This document shows, in pieces, positions 17,085 through 26,870 of a stretch of 38,081 nt of DNA. The notes beneath the pieces are model-generated. The model was not told the DNA's origin and made no database searches. It saw only the letters and a program-made list of their open reading frames with translations. Positions within the stretch are counted from its first letter, which is position 1. Every line of letters begins with the position of its first letter. This stretch comes from a virus (Duplodnaviria; Caudoviricetes). The translations under genes were made by a program, and so were the position numbers. The stretch spans positions 1-38,081 of the IMG/VR virus record IMGVR_UViG_3300011444_000015, one strand, 5' to 3'.

Positions 17085-18182
17085 ATGAGCCTGCGCCCGT
17101 CCAGCCTGCCGATGCTCCAGCAGTGTCCCTGCTTTGAATCGGACTCGACCGAGTTCGCGAAGGATGGAAACAAGCGGCACGATTATTTGTCAGTCCTATT
17201 GACGGGGGTTTCGCCATTACTAAAGGACGCCATCGGCAACCCCATGAATGGATCGCTACCACCCGAAGAAGCTGAAGCAGTCGAATGGGCCGCGGATTAC
17301 ATTCAAATGCTCATTAATTCCGACTACCAGGTCGATACCGAGCACAAGTTGTCACTCACGAATGAGGATTTCTCGGAGGTCATGTCAGGCACGCCAGACG
17401 TGGTTAATGGGCCGGTTATCTACGACCTGAAATGGCGCGAACGAGATTACGTCGCGCAAATGGCGGCCTACGCGCTAATGCTGATGCAGGCGCGAGATTA
17501 TCAATGCGTTGAGGTTCACCTGCTGTTCGCCGAGCGCCGCAAAATCGTCAAGCTGAAGTTCAATTGGGATTCGGCTAGCAAGATTGTTTTCGACACCATC
17601 GCTGCTTACCGAAATCCCGATAAGCAGCCGACGCCGTGCGACTACTGCGGCTGGTGCGCGAATCGAGTCGGTTGCGCGGCATTGAACGAACGCGCCAAGG
17701 CGGTCGCCGCTGGTCGTGAGGATTGGAAGCTGGAGCAATATCATTCCAGCCAGATCGGTCAGCCAGTCGAGATGGCGAAAGCGCTGAAACTGGCGCGGCA
17801 GTTAGCCAAATGGTGTGAGGCTGTTGAATTCCATGCCAAATCAATGGTGCTCGCCGGCGCTGAGTTGCCAGGGTTCCGGCAGCAATCAAAGGCAGGCCGC
17901 CAATATTGCACCAACGTTGCCGAGGCGTTCACTCTGTCTGGGTTGACGCAGGAGAAGTTTCTGGCGGCTTGCGACATCCGACTGAACACCTCGAAAAAAT
18001 ATCCGGACAAGCAGGGTTTGGCCGACATCTTCGCCGCCGCCAACGAGATGAAGAAGGCTCCTGCCAAGCGCACGATGCTGAAAAAGCTGGAGCCAGTGCT
18101 AAAGCAGAGTGCGCCGTCAATCAGCTTGGTTGCGACCGGGGAAACAGAAACCGAAGAAGGAGACACACATGCCGAGTTATAA
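17085..18182 (+). CDS. PD-(D/E)XK Cas4-like exonuclease
   Basis: LRPSSL...QCP, GTPD, YDLK, QMAAYA, and PCDYCGWC-x5-C. Confidence 0.8.
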   Translation: MSLRPSSLPMLQQCPCFESDSTEFAKDGNKRHDYLSVLLTGVSPLLKDAIGNPMNGSLPPEEAEAVEWAADYIQMLINSDYQVDTEHKLSLTNEDFSEVMSGTPDVVNGPVIYDLKWRERDYVAQMAAYALMLMQARDYQCVEVHLLFAERRKIVKLKFNWDSASKIVFDTIAAYRNPDKQPTPCDYCGWCANRVGCAALNERAKAVAAGREDWKLEQYHSSQIGQPVEMAKALKLARQLAKWCEAVEFHAKSMVLAGAELPGFRQQSKAGRQYCTNVAEAFTLSGLTQEKFLAACDIRLNTSKKYPDKQGLADIFAAANEMKKAPAKRTMLKKLEPVLKQSAPSISLVATGETETEEGDTHAEL

Positions 18183-18654
18183 GTTTGGTGACAGGGAGAA
18201 CTTTTCGCAGGAGATCCCGAAAGGGGAATACATCTTCGAGGTCATGAGCGTGGAGTTTGGCACGCAAGCCAAGGGCAAGACGGCCGGGAGCGATACCGCC
18301 GAACTTAAGCTGCTGTTCACCGACCCGAAGGACGGCAAGAAGGTGGGTCAATTCACGGAGACGCTCATTTTTGCCGCGAGCATGGCATGGAAACTCGACG
18401 TCTTCGTGAAGGCCAGCAACCTGCTCATTAACGGCAAGTCACCGGCGAAGGATACACAGGTCGAGTTCACTGCTGAAACGCTCATCGGATTGCGTGGCTA
18501 TTGCCTCGTAGATTCAGAGCCATCCACGACGAACCCCGAGAAGAAATACAGTCGGGTAAAGACCTGGATTACCGACAAGCAGAAGCTGCCAAAGGCTGCG
18601 CCTGCCGCACCGGCGCAATCACAGGCCGACGGCGAAGAAGACGCGAGCTTTTAA
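18169..18654 (+). CDS. DUF669-like single-stranded DNA-binding protein
   Basis: IPKGEY, AWKLDVF and acidic tail EEDASF; follows the SSAP-nuclease pair. Confidence 0.7.
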   Translation: MPSYKFGDRENFSQEIPKGEYIFEVMSVEFGTQAKGKTAGSDTAELKLLFTDPKDGKKVGQFTETLIFAASMAWKLDVFVKASNLLINGKSPAKDTQVEFTAETLIGLRGYCLVDSEPSTTNPEKKYSRVKTWITDKQKLPKAAPAAPAQSQADGEEDASF

Positions 18655-18655
18655 C

Positions 18656-19274
18656 ATGAAATTAACCATTACAAAAGACCTGTTCCTGTCCGGCCTGTCC
18701 GCAGCACAAAACGTGATTAAGGGTCGCACGACGCTGCCGATTCTGTCGCACGTCATGGTGACCGCGACGGATGGCCGATTAACCTTCAACGCCACGGATT
18801 TGGATATGGAAACAAAATCATCCATTGCTCAATTCCAGCTTGTTGACGACAAAGGCGGCGAGACGGTTTTCATCACGAAACTGATTGAGGGTCAATTCCC
18901 GAACTGGAAGCAGTTCGTCCCGGTCAAGTCCAACGTAAAGCTACAGATGCCGGTCGCTGGACTGATGGAAGCTGCGCGGCGGGTGCGCGTGATGACATCT
19001 GAGAAAGCCAACCAAATCGCGCTCAGGTTCACGAAGGGCAACCTGACGATCACCGCGCAAGCACCTGATAGCGGCGAGGCATCCGAAACACTGGAATGCG
19101 GCTACCCGTCAGGCAATGACATCGCCATCGCCATCAATCCGCTTTACCTCATAGGAGCGCTCAGTCGGATACCTGACACCGAAGTTGAGGTCAGCTTGAT
19201 CGATCCGCTTTCGCCGTTCGTATTTCGCGGGAAGGATTCACTCATCATCATCATGCCCGATTAGGCTCGCGTAA
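18656..19274 (+). pseudogene. dnaN: DNA polymerase III beta clamp homolog, internally deleted, with a C-terminal frameshift
   Basis: TTLPILSHV..ATDLD N-terminus joined to KLIEGQFPNW and domain III (AINPLYL, LSPF, IMP). About 200 aa versus ~366 aa for bacterial DnaN. Confidence 0.75.
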
Positions 19275-19301
19275 CTCCCAAAACACAACAAAAGGAACAA
19301 A

Positions 19302-19616
19302 ATGGAACTCGGATTCAATGAACTTCGGCAGGCTAACGTAAAGCGATGCGAGTCGGTATTTCATCCGCTTGAGTCATGGAGCCCGACTGACTGGGCGACC
19401 GCAATGGCTGGTGAATGCGGCGAGGCCTGTAACCTTATTAAAAAGCTTCGGCGCGGGGGCGAGCTTATACCGCTGCAATCAATTGCAAGCGAACTTGCGG
19501 ACCTCGTCACCTATGCCGACTTACTCGCCGCACGCCTCGGGATTAACCTTGGCGTAGCCGTTCGTGAAAAGTTCAACGAAGTCTCTGACCGCCAAAACTC
19601 GGACGTGCGGCTGTAA
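19302..19616 (+). CDS. MazG-like nucleotide pyrophosphohydrolase
   Basis: AGECGEACNLIKK...ELADLVTY. Confidence 0.85.
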   Translation: MELGFNELRQANVKRCESVFHPLESWSPTDWATAMAGECGEACNLIKKLRRGGELIPLQSIASELADLVTYADLLAARLGINLGVAVREKFNEVSDRQNSDVRL

Positions 19617-21127
19617 TGACCCCCAGGGCTTATCAGGTCACGGCGCGGGAAGCCATCGCGGCTGGCTGGGATCAGTTCAGCAAGCAGCTGTTGGTCTTCC
19701 CGACTGGGGCAGGTAAGACCCTGCTGTTCTCTTGGGTGGCAAAAGATTTCCTGCCGCAACGCACATTGATTCTGGCGCATCGCGAGGAACTGGTTGACCA
19801 AGCCATCGTCAAATTGCACGCCGCAACTGGTATATTTGCCGGGAAAGAGAAAGCCGAATTCCACGCGACATTGCGAGACGATGTCGTCGTTGCCTCGGTG
19901 CAATCCATGATCCGGCGTCGGGACAAGTGGCCAGCCGATCATTTCGGGCTGGTGGTCGCCGACGAGGCACACCACGCCATTGGTCCGAGCTGGCAATCTG
20001 TCCTGAGCCATTTCAGCGGTGCGAAGGTGCTCGGGGTGACCGCTACACCTGACCGCGGCGACCGCAAGAACCTCGGCCAATTCTTTGAGAACGTCGCGGC
20101 GGAAGTCACGCTGTTCGACCTGATTCATCAAGGGTTCCTATCGAAGATTGCCGTCAAATCTATCCCGCTCCAAATCGATCTGCGTAGCGTCCGGCAATCC
20201 ATGGGTGACTTCAACGAGTCAGACCTTGGCAACGCGCTGGCGCCTTACCTCGACGAAATCGCACGGCAAATCAAAGCCGAGGCTGGGTTTCGGCGCACTC
20301 TGGTTTTCGTGCCACTGGTGGCAACCTCCAAGAAATTTGTAGAAACATGTCAGTCGCACGGCATCAATGCCGAACACGTTGACGGCAACAGCGAGGATCG
20401 AGCGGAGATCCTGGCGCGGTTCGCTGCTGGCGAGATCGACCTGCTCAGCAACGCCATGCTGCTGACCGAAGGCTACGACGATCCCGGCATAGATTGCGTG
20501 GTCATCCTGCGTCCGACACGCAGCCGGTCACTTTACGCGCAGATGGTAGGCCGCGGCACGCGCATCGCGGACGGCAAACGCAATCTGCTATTGCTCGATT
20601 TCCTTTGGCTGCACGAAAAGCATGACCTCATACGTCCGGCGCATTTGGTCGCCAGTTCACACGAGGAAGCCGAGCAAATCATGGAACTGGCGCAGGCCGG
20701 CGGACCGGACCAGCAGGAGCTTGACCTTGAAGTGTTATCGACTGAAGCGCAGGAGCAGCGGGAAGCGAAGCTGAAAGAGGAGCTGGCCGAGAAAGCGAAA
20801 CGCAAAACGCGGTTCATTGACCCCGTCGAGTTCGCGATTCAACTGGCGAATTACGAGCCTGCGATGGCCTGGGAGCTTCGCGAGATAACAGCAACGCAAC
20901 GCGCCACACTGGAACGGAACGGATTTAATCCGGATGCAATCAAGATGGGATTAGCGACGGAGATTATTAAAGGCATCGACCGTAGGCGGGAACAGCAGCT
21001 TGCAACCCCGAAGCAGGTCAAGTTCCTGCGGAGGTTCCGGCATCCGAATCCCGAGCGCGCCACATTCGAAGAGGCCGGCGCGTTTCTGGACCGGAAATTT
21101 AATCGCAGGCGGGAAATGGCGGCATAA
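19616..21127 (+). CDS. SF2 DEAH-box helicase
   Basis: PTGAGKT, DEAHH, TATPDR, LTEGYD and QMVGRGTR. Confidence 0.95.
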   Translation: MTPRAYQVTAREAIAAGWDQFSKQLLVFPTGAGKTLLFSWVAKDFLPQRTLILAHREELVDQAIVKLHAATGIFAGKEKAEFHATLRDDVVVASVQSMIRRRDKWPADHFGLVVADEAHHAIGPSWQSVLSHFSGAKVLGVTATPDRGDRKNLGQFFENVAAEVTLFDLIHQGFLSKIAVKSIPLQIDLRSVRQSMGDFNESDLGNALAPYLDEIARQIKAEAGFRRTLVFVPLVATSKKFVETCQSHGINAEHVDGNSEDRAEILARFAAGEIDLLSNAMLLTEGYDDPGIDCVVILRPTRSRSLYAQMVGRGTRIADGKRNLLLLDFLWLHEKHDLIRPAHLVASSHEEAEQIMELAQAGGPDQQELDLEVLSTEAQEQREAKLKEELAEKAKRKTRFIDPVEFAIQLANYEPAMAWELREITATQRATLERNGFNPDAIKMGLATEIIKGIDRRREQQLATPKQVKFLRRFRHPNPERATFEEAGAFLDRKFNRRREMAA

Positions 21128-21131
21128 TACT

Positions 21132-21671
21132 ATGAACCAACCGATAGTAAAACCTTCCCGCTGGCATTCGTGCGAACCGATACCGCGATGGGTGCCACGA
21201 GTTTCAGGCGACTGGACGATACGTCGCCATAATAGAACCTCCGGGAAGGGCTCATACCACGAGGTTGCTACACTCAATTCCGAACAGGCTGCCAAGCAAT
21301 TGGCCAGCGCCGCAAATGACGGCCTAACCATGTGGCAATACTCCATCGTCGCTCCTGATGGGACAGAGTGGCGCGATAGAGGCGACCGAGACAGACCGCT
21401 CCGGGTTAATGTCCGCTCCGGCCTACTTTCGATTTCAATAGGCATCGAAGTGCTTGCCTTCAGTGCGGAGCATAACGATGGAAATCCGAAAAAGAAAGTT
21501 ACCGGAGTCGGTGTGTTGGCGGAGGATGTGGCTAGGGAGATGAGTAACGAACGGGAGGACGGCTCAACTATTGTCACCGACCTTCTTGATAAGGCGATTT
21601 GCGAAGCCTACGCCAATGGTTCAACGGGATTTGAGCAAGCTCAACGTCATTCATGGTCACGAGTTCAATAA
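21132..21671 (+). CDS. Hypothetical protein, possibly chimeric
   Basis: ATG 21132 follows the helicase stop. The two halves look unrelated and the 3' end runs into a phosphoesterase fragment. Confidence 0.45.
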   Translation: MNQPIVKPSRWHSCEPIPRWVPRVSGDWTIRRHNRTSGKGSYHEVATLNSEQAAKQLASAANDGLTMWQYSIVAPDGTEWRDRGDRDRPLRVNVRSGLLSISIGIEVLAFSAEHNDGNPKKKVTGVGVLAEDVAREMSNEREDGSTIVTDLLDKAICEAYANGSTGFEQAQRHSWSRVQ

Positions 21672-21930
21672 TGGCGGGATGGTCAGTAACCCGGTCAACC
21701 CGGCGCGCGGTTATTTTCTGCGCGGCTCTGGCGTGCATGTCATCGGCTCGCATTACCATCAGTCGAGTCAACACAGCCAAAAGAATCTGGAACAGAACGT
21801 AACCTCGACGTGGTCCACTGGTTGCCTGTGTGACCTGCATCCAGATTATCGGCCGGCGAACTCGTGGAATCACGGTTTCGCCATCGTGACGGTCGCGCCA
21901 GGTGGAATTTTTGGTAGTGGGCTACTTTGA
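21637..21930 (+). pseudogene. Calcineurin-like metallophosphoesterase, C-terminal fragment
   Basis: IHGHE, GSHYH, TGCLC and WNHGF are present; the N-terminal DxH/GD/GNH motifs are absent. Confidence 0.65.
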
Positions 21931-22769
21931 AAATGAACTCTGAAATACCAACATCTTTCGACTTTGACGGGCAGGCGCTACGGCCTGATTACGTGGTCAA
22001 ATGCTCCTACGGGAATGACTCAATTGCGCTGCTCCAATGGCTACACGAATACAATCAGCGGTTTCCGCTCGGCAAAGTCGTAGTCCTATATAATGACACG
22101 GGATGGGCTGCGAAATGGTGGGCGGCTCGCGTTGAGAATGCCGAAAGGAACCTGCTTCCAAAGCTTGGATTCATCCCATCACAGACAAAAGCTAAGACGT
22201 GGCGGAAACTCATTTTTGACCATAACGCTTGGCCCGATAAGCTGAGGCGCTTCTGCACGGAAGATCAGAAGATTATCCCGACGCAACATTGGCTCACACG
22301 GCACGACCCAGGCGGGCGAGCAGAACTTGTCTGTGGAGTCCGTAGGGAAGAGAGCGCAGACAGGCGCAATTGGCCTGAATACGTTGATTCTGACGCGACT
22401 AACGAAGGCCGGCCTCAGTGGTCACCGCTCGTCCTGCTCAGTGCCGAGCAACGCGACGAACTAATCCTCCGGGCTGGATGGGTTCCTCTTGCGCACCGCT
22501 CCAGGGAATGCCGCTGCGTGCTGGCCAACTCTTCGGATATCAAGACGTGGAACGAGGATGACATTTCCGAGATAGAGAAATTAGAGGCTGAGCTTGGGCA
22601 GCGCAACCGAGAGCGTGAGTTCAGCAACAAATTCATGTTTCGCCCGCATCGTAAAAAGGGGAGACCGCAAGGCATCCGGGCCGTTGTGGAATGGGCGAAG
22701 CAAGTAAAACCAAAAGCTGCCGCGTTGGAACCGGGCGGCGGATGCGATTCAGGTTATTGCACCGGATGA
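21927..22769 (+). CDS. PAPS-reductase-like (PP-loop) protein
   Basis: SYGNDS PP-loop variant, NDTGW, FCT, GVRREES, CRC, and C-terminal GCDSGYC. Confidence 0.8.
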   Translation: MKMNSEIPTSFDFDGQALRPDYVVKCSYGNDSIALLQWLHEYNQRFPLGKVVVLYNDTGWAAKWWAARVENAERNLLPKLGFIPSQTKAKTWRKLIFDHNAWPDKLRRFCTEDQKIIPTQHWLTRHDPGGRAELVCGVRREESADRRNWPEYVDSDATNEGRPQWSPLVLLSAEQRDELILRAGWVPLAHRSRECRCVLANSSDIKTWNEDDISEIEKLEAELGQRNREREFSNKFMFRPHRKKGRPQGIRAVVEWAKQVKPKAAALEPGGGCDSGYCTG

Positions 22770-22867
22770 TAGAAAGCGTGCCAAATGAGAAAACAAAATG
22801 AAAGTAGCCCACTACCGAATTTTTCAAGTCGATAACTTCAGAATCATTGACGGGAAAGTATACTGAA

Positions 22868-23305
22868 ATGCCAAAGCAATTATTCGCATCACATGCCGAC
22901 ACGACGATTGATCGGGTCCGGGAAACCTACGCCGAACGCGGCGAACAATATGGCGATACATGGGGACTTGCTCCGTTCCTCGCACTCAAGGCCACGCTGC
23001 GGCGGGCGGGCATCGTATTTGAGGAGCGAGACTTGCGGTCGATTGCGGCTGCCGTCCTCGTTGACATCAAATACGCACGCCTGATCGGGGGATATAAAGA
23101 CGACTCCATCATTGACGGGATCGCCTATTCCGCACTGTGGGCAGAGGAAATGAAGCAATCGCGACCCTCAATCCCCGCCGACGCTGTGCTGAAAAACGTA
23201 TGCAATTTAGATGCCCAGTGCGTGAAGTGCGGCGCTGCTTTGATTGGCAAGGATTTCAAAAAAGTCCCCGTCGTGTCTGAACTCTACTGCGACAAATGCT
23301 TTTGA
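22868..23305 (+). CDS. DUF6378-like / nucleotide-modification-associated helical protein with C-terminal Zn ribbon
   Basis: ERGEQYGD...KYAR...DSIIDGIAYSAL, then CVKC...CDKC. Confidence 0.6.
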   Translation: MPKQLFASHADTTIDRVRETYAERGEQYGDTWGLAPFLALKATLRRAGIVFEERDLRSIAAAVLVDIKYARLIGGYKDDSIIDGIAYSALWAEEMKQSRPSIPADAVLKNVCNLDAQCVKCGAALIGKDFKKVPVVSELYCDKCF

Positions 23306-23308
23306 TTT

Positions 23309-23662
23309 ATGGAAGCCAAAATGAACCAAATTTATTTAGCGGCCAGATATAGCCGGCGCGTAGAACTGTGTGCCTACCGCGAGCAGCTTCGCGCGCTGGG
23401 CTACATCGTCCCGGCTCGTTGGCTTAACGGGACACATCAACTCGATAATGTCGGCGTTCCGATTGGCGATTCCGGGGAGCAGTTAATTGAAAGCACCGAT
23501 CCAAGGGTTGATGGACTCCGTAGTCGGTTCGCGATGGACGATTGGGAGGATGTGCACAGTGCTGACACAGTGATCTCTTTTACTGAGGCACCGCGCACGA
23601 CATGGGAATCAGCACTGCGGTTAATGGCCGCATCTGCGCCGCAAGGAGAGTTGAAGCCTTGA
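23309..23662 (+). CDS. Nucleoside 2-deoxyribosyltransferase-like protein, apparently internally deleted
   Basis: IYLAARYSRR, ARWL and DWEDVHSAD are present; the expected G..xE.G catalytic segment is missing. Confidence 0.55.
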   Translation: MEAKMNQIYLAARYSRRVELCAYREQLRALGYIVPARWLNGTHQLDNVGVPIGDSGEQLIESTDPRVDGLRSRFAMDDWEDVHSADTVISFTEAPRTTWESALRLMAASAPQGELKP

Positions 23663-25674
23663 ATAGCTACGACGAGTTCGTGTGTAGGAAAATCGCGAAG
23701 CCAATGCGCGGCGGGTTTGACCCGTATCCCGTGAATCCGTTGCTTTTCGATTGGCAGAAGCTCTGCGTCCGCTGGGCCGTGGAACGCGGACGCTGCGCAC
23801 TGTTCGAGGAGTGCGGGCTCGGCAAGACGTTGCAGCAGCTCGAATGGGCCTCACAAGTAGTGTGCCACACTGGCGGCAAGGTATTGATTGTTTGCCCGCT
23901 CGCAGTCGCACAACAGACAGTCGATGAAGGCCGAAGGTTCGGCTACTTAGTCAATCTCTGTCGCCAGCCAGAGGATGTTAAGCCCGGCATCAATATCACG
24001 AATATCGACCGGGTAGAACAGTTCGACGCCATTGAATTCGATGGAGTGGTTCTCGATGAAAGCAGCATCCTCAAATCCTACAACGGCAAGACCCGACACC
24101 AATTAAACCGTCAATTCGCTCGGACGCTGTTTCGCCTTTGCTGCACGGCGACACCGTCTCCAAATGATTTCACGGAGCTTGGCCAGCACGCGGATTTCCT
24201 CGGCATCTGCACGCCTGCCGAAATGCTCGCGACGTATTTCATCAATGATACGTTCGACACCGGGACATGGCGACTGAAGGGCCACGCGATCGAGGCGTTT
24301 TGGGAATGGGTTTCATCCTGGGCAATCTGCCTGTCGAAGCCATCCGATCTAGGATTCAGCGATGAAGGCTTCGAGCTGCCTCCAGTCGAGACGCACATTG
24401 TCACGGTTCCTGTCGATCACTGGGGCGCTCCGGGAAGTGGTAGTGACCGGCTTGAGCACAAGGAAAAGAAACTCCTCATGTTCGGGACCGGCGAAGCCCG
24501 CGTCATCATTACCAAGCCCAAAATCGCCGGGTTCGGTCTCAACTGGCAGCACTGCCATCAAGATATTTACGTCGGCCTGAATCACTCGTGGGAACGGTTT
24601 TATCAGGGCGGAAAACGCATCCACCGGTTCGGGCAGAAGCGCACTGTGCAACGCTACATCATACAGACCGATCTGGAGGACGGCGTCTTAGCCAACCTCA
24701 CGCGCAAACAGGGACAGCACGAGCAAATGCATGAGCTTACGCGCTTCACCAGGAGAAACCTTATGGAAAACAACGCCACACTTTCTGCGCTCAACACCGA
24801 AATCAAATCGGAGTCCGGCGAGGACTTTATCCTTTACCATGGCGATTGCGTGCGCGTTGCCAAAACACTGGAGACGAACAGCATCGGCTTTTCTGTATTC
24901 TCCCCGCCGTTCGCGGACCTGTTCACCTACAGCTCTGACATTCAGGACATGGGCAACTGCAAGTCCATGGACGATTTCATGGAGCAGTTCTCTTTCCTGA
25001 TCTACGAGCTTTACCGCATCACGATGCCGGGCCGTGAGTGCGCGGTTCATTGCTGCGACCTGCTCGCAACCAAATGGAAGGATGGAGCCATTGAGTTTAA
25101 GGACTTCTCCGGGACCATCGCCAGCGCATTCCGTGAACGTGGATGGCTGTTCCATTCCCGCATCACGATTTGGAAATCGCCAGTCACGGAGATGCAGCGC
25201 ACGAAAGCACATGGACTGCTCTATAAGACGCTGACTGCCGACTCTTCCAATTCCCGCGTCGGCTCCGCTGATTATCTGCTCGTGTTCAGGAAGCCAGGGA
25301 AGAATCCGGTCCCAATCGAGCACACGGACGAGGATCTGCCGCTATCGCTCTGGCAGGAGATTGCCAGCCCGGTATGGATGACGGTCGATCAGTCGAACGT
25401 CCTCAATGGAAAGTTTGCCAGCGAGGATCGAGACGAGCGCCATATCTGCCCGCTGCAACTGGACGTGATTAACCGCGCACTGAGGCTTTGGAGCACCCGC
25501 AATGATATTGTCTTCTCTCCGTTCACCGGCATCGGTTCTGAGGGTTACTGCGCGCTGAATATGTTCCGTCGGTTCGTCGGCGCAGAGCTGAAGGAAAGCT
25601 ATTTCGATACGGCGCTCACCAATCTGAAACGTGCCGTCGCCGAGCGAGATACACTGTTTACACAACGGGCATGA
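23659..25674 (+). CDS. SNF2-like helicase fused to an amino (N4-C/N6-A) DNA methyltransferase
   Basis: CGLGKT, DESS, TATP, GFGLNWQ and RIHRFGQ, then GDCV, FSPPF, HICPLQLD and SPFTGIGSEG (beta-class motif order). Confidence 0.9.
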   Translation: MNSYDEFVCRKIAKPMRGGFDPYPVNPLLFDWQKLCVRWAVERGRCALFEECGLGKTLQQLEWASQVVCHTGGKVLIVCPLAVAQQTVDEGRRFGYLVNLCRQPEDVKPGINITNIDRVEQFDAIEFDGVVLDESSILKSYNGKTRHQLNRQFARTLFRLCCTATPSPNDFTELGQHADFLGICTPAEMLATYFINDTFDTGTWRLKGHAIEAFWEWVSSWAICLSKPSDLGFSDEGFELPPVETHIVTVPVDHWGAPGSGSDRLEHKEKKLLMFGTGEARVIITKPKIAGFGLNWQHCHQDIYVGLNHSWERFYQGGKRIHRFGQKRTVQRYIIQTDLEDGVLANLTRKQGQHEQMHELTRFTRRNLMENNATLSALNTEIKSESGEDFILYHGDCVRVAKTLETNSIGFSVFSPPFADLFTYSSDIQDMGNCKSMDDFMEQFSFLIYELYRITMPGRECAVHCCDLLATKWKDGAIEFKDFSGTIASAFRERGWLFHSRITIWKSPVTEMQRTKAHGLLYKTLTADSSNSRVGSADYLLVFRKPGKNPVPIEHTDEDLPLSLWQEIASPVWMTVDQSNVLNGKFASEDRDERHICPLQLDVINRALRLWSTRNDIVFSPFTGIGSEGYCALNMFRRFVGAELKESYFDTALTNLKRAVAERDTLFTQRA

Positions 25675-26090
25675 AAATCGTTGGACCAATCCCGGACCAT
25701 ATCCTGCGACTGATGCCGAAAGCGGACCGGCCGAGCGGTGTGCTGACGTTCAAGGAGATTGGCGAAAAGCGCGAAGACCGTGCCGAAAAGACGCTGCAAA
25801 ACAACATCGCCAACCTGCTGCGGCAACGCGGTATCGTGTTCAACTATTCACGGATGGATCGGCGCAAGACTGACGTGACTGGCTGGCCTGATTTCACGTT
25901 TGCGGTGAACGGTCGCGCGTGCGCAGTCGAGGTGAAAAGGCCGGATCAAGTGCCGACGCCTGACCAGTTCGCCGTGATGTCAGCCATGATTGAGAACGGA
26001 TGGATGACGGCAGTCGTTCATAGCGAGGCTGAGTTTATTAAGTTTATGGATTTCGTTGCGGCCAAGCATTGGGCGATGCCAGCGGTATGA
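25671..26090 (+). CDS. VRR-NUC-like PD-(D/E)XK nuclease
   Basis: E..LQ..I, GWPDF, AVEVKRP, TPDQ and VVHS. Confidence 0.8.
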   Translation: MKIVGPIPDHILRLMPKADRPSGVLTFKEIGEKREDRAEKTLQNNIANLLRQRGIVFNYSRMDRRKTDVTGWPDFTFAVNGRACAVEVKRPDQVPTPDQFAVMSAMIENGWMTAVVHSEAEFIKFMDFVAAKHWAMPAV

Positions 26091-26350
26091 GCGTAATCTG
26101 GAAATATCAAATATCGACACAAGGCTGCACTGCTATCCTGATGCCGCTCGGTGCCGTGGTGCTTTCGGTGCAATTTCATGGCGAAGCTCTTTGCCTTTGG
26201 GTAATGCTTAATCCAAATCACAATGCCATTGATCGACACTTCTTTACCGTTGGAACCGGGGAACCATTTAACCGTTTTTTAAATCCACGGTTCCTCGCGA
26301 CGGTCCAGCATGGGCCATACGTCTGGCACGTTTTTGAATCCACCGCATGA
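26087..26350 (+). CDS. Conserved-looking small phage protein
   Basis: MSVIWKY...MPLGAVVLSVQ...GTGE...YVWHVFE; ATGA-coupled. Confidence 0.65.
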   Translation: MSVIWKYQISTQGCTAILMPLGAVVLSVQFHGEALCLWVMLNPNHNAIDRHFFTVGTGEPFNRFLNPRFLATVQHGPYVWHVFESTA

Positions 26351-26706
26351 GACTCGCGCTGCTCATGGCTGTTGTGCTCACATGGGATCGTAACCCGGAC
26401 CGATCCACGGCTGGCTATAAGCTTTACCAAGGCTCGGAATCACTGACGTATACCAACGCGATGGACGTTGGCGCGTCCAATCGCACCTATTATCCGACGA
26501 AGGTTGGCAGCAGTTACTTTTTTGCGCTCACGGCTTACAATTCCAACGGCTTGGAGTCTGACTTCTCGGCAGAACTCGCCTACACGCCACGGCTGCTGTC
26601 AGTGATTATCGACTCGTCAGTGGATCTCGTTGACTGGGTGCCGACGTATACAATCACGATCACCAATGACCAACGGCAGCAGTTTTTCAAGCTGAGGATT
26701 CAATGA
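26347..26706 (+). CDS. Fibronectin type III domain protein with SxDLxxW...FFK tail
   Basis: LTWD...GYKLY...YFFALTAYN..GLESDFS. Confidence 0.8.
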   Translation: MRLALLMAVVLTWDRNPDRSTAGYKLYQGSESLTYTNAMDVGASNRTYYPTKVGSSYFFALTAYNSNGLESDFSAELAYTPRLLSVIIDSSVDLVDWVPTYTITITNDQRQQFFKLRIQ

Positions 26707-26867
26707 GCCGCACGCCTAAAATCGTTGTCACTGAGCGCAAGTTGGGCCGCGAAGGCGCACATGGCCAAATTACGCCAATTGAAGAGGAAGGCGGACTGCT
26801 TATCGAGATTGACCCACGCAACACGGCTCGGCAACGGCTGGACACGGTCCCGTATCATGTGGGCTGA
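26703..26867 (+). pseudogene. Truncated metallopeptidase-like gene
   Basis: ERKLGRE...IEIDPR...LDTV, then the frame ends where an HExxH motif would be expected. Confidence 0.4.
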
Positions 26868-26870
26868 TGG

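Noticed and set aside
21927-22769. Full Dnd/Ssp phosphorothioation system or sulfur-assimilation cysH
   Set aside because: No DndD/DndE/SspBC, desulfurase or other cys genes are recognisable.
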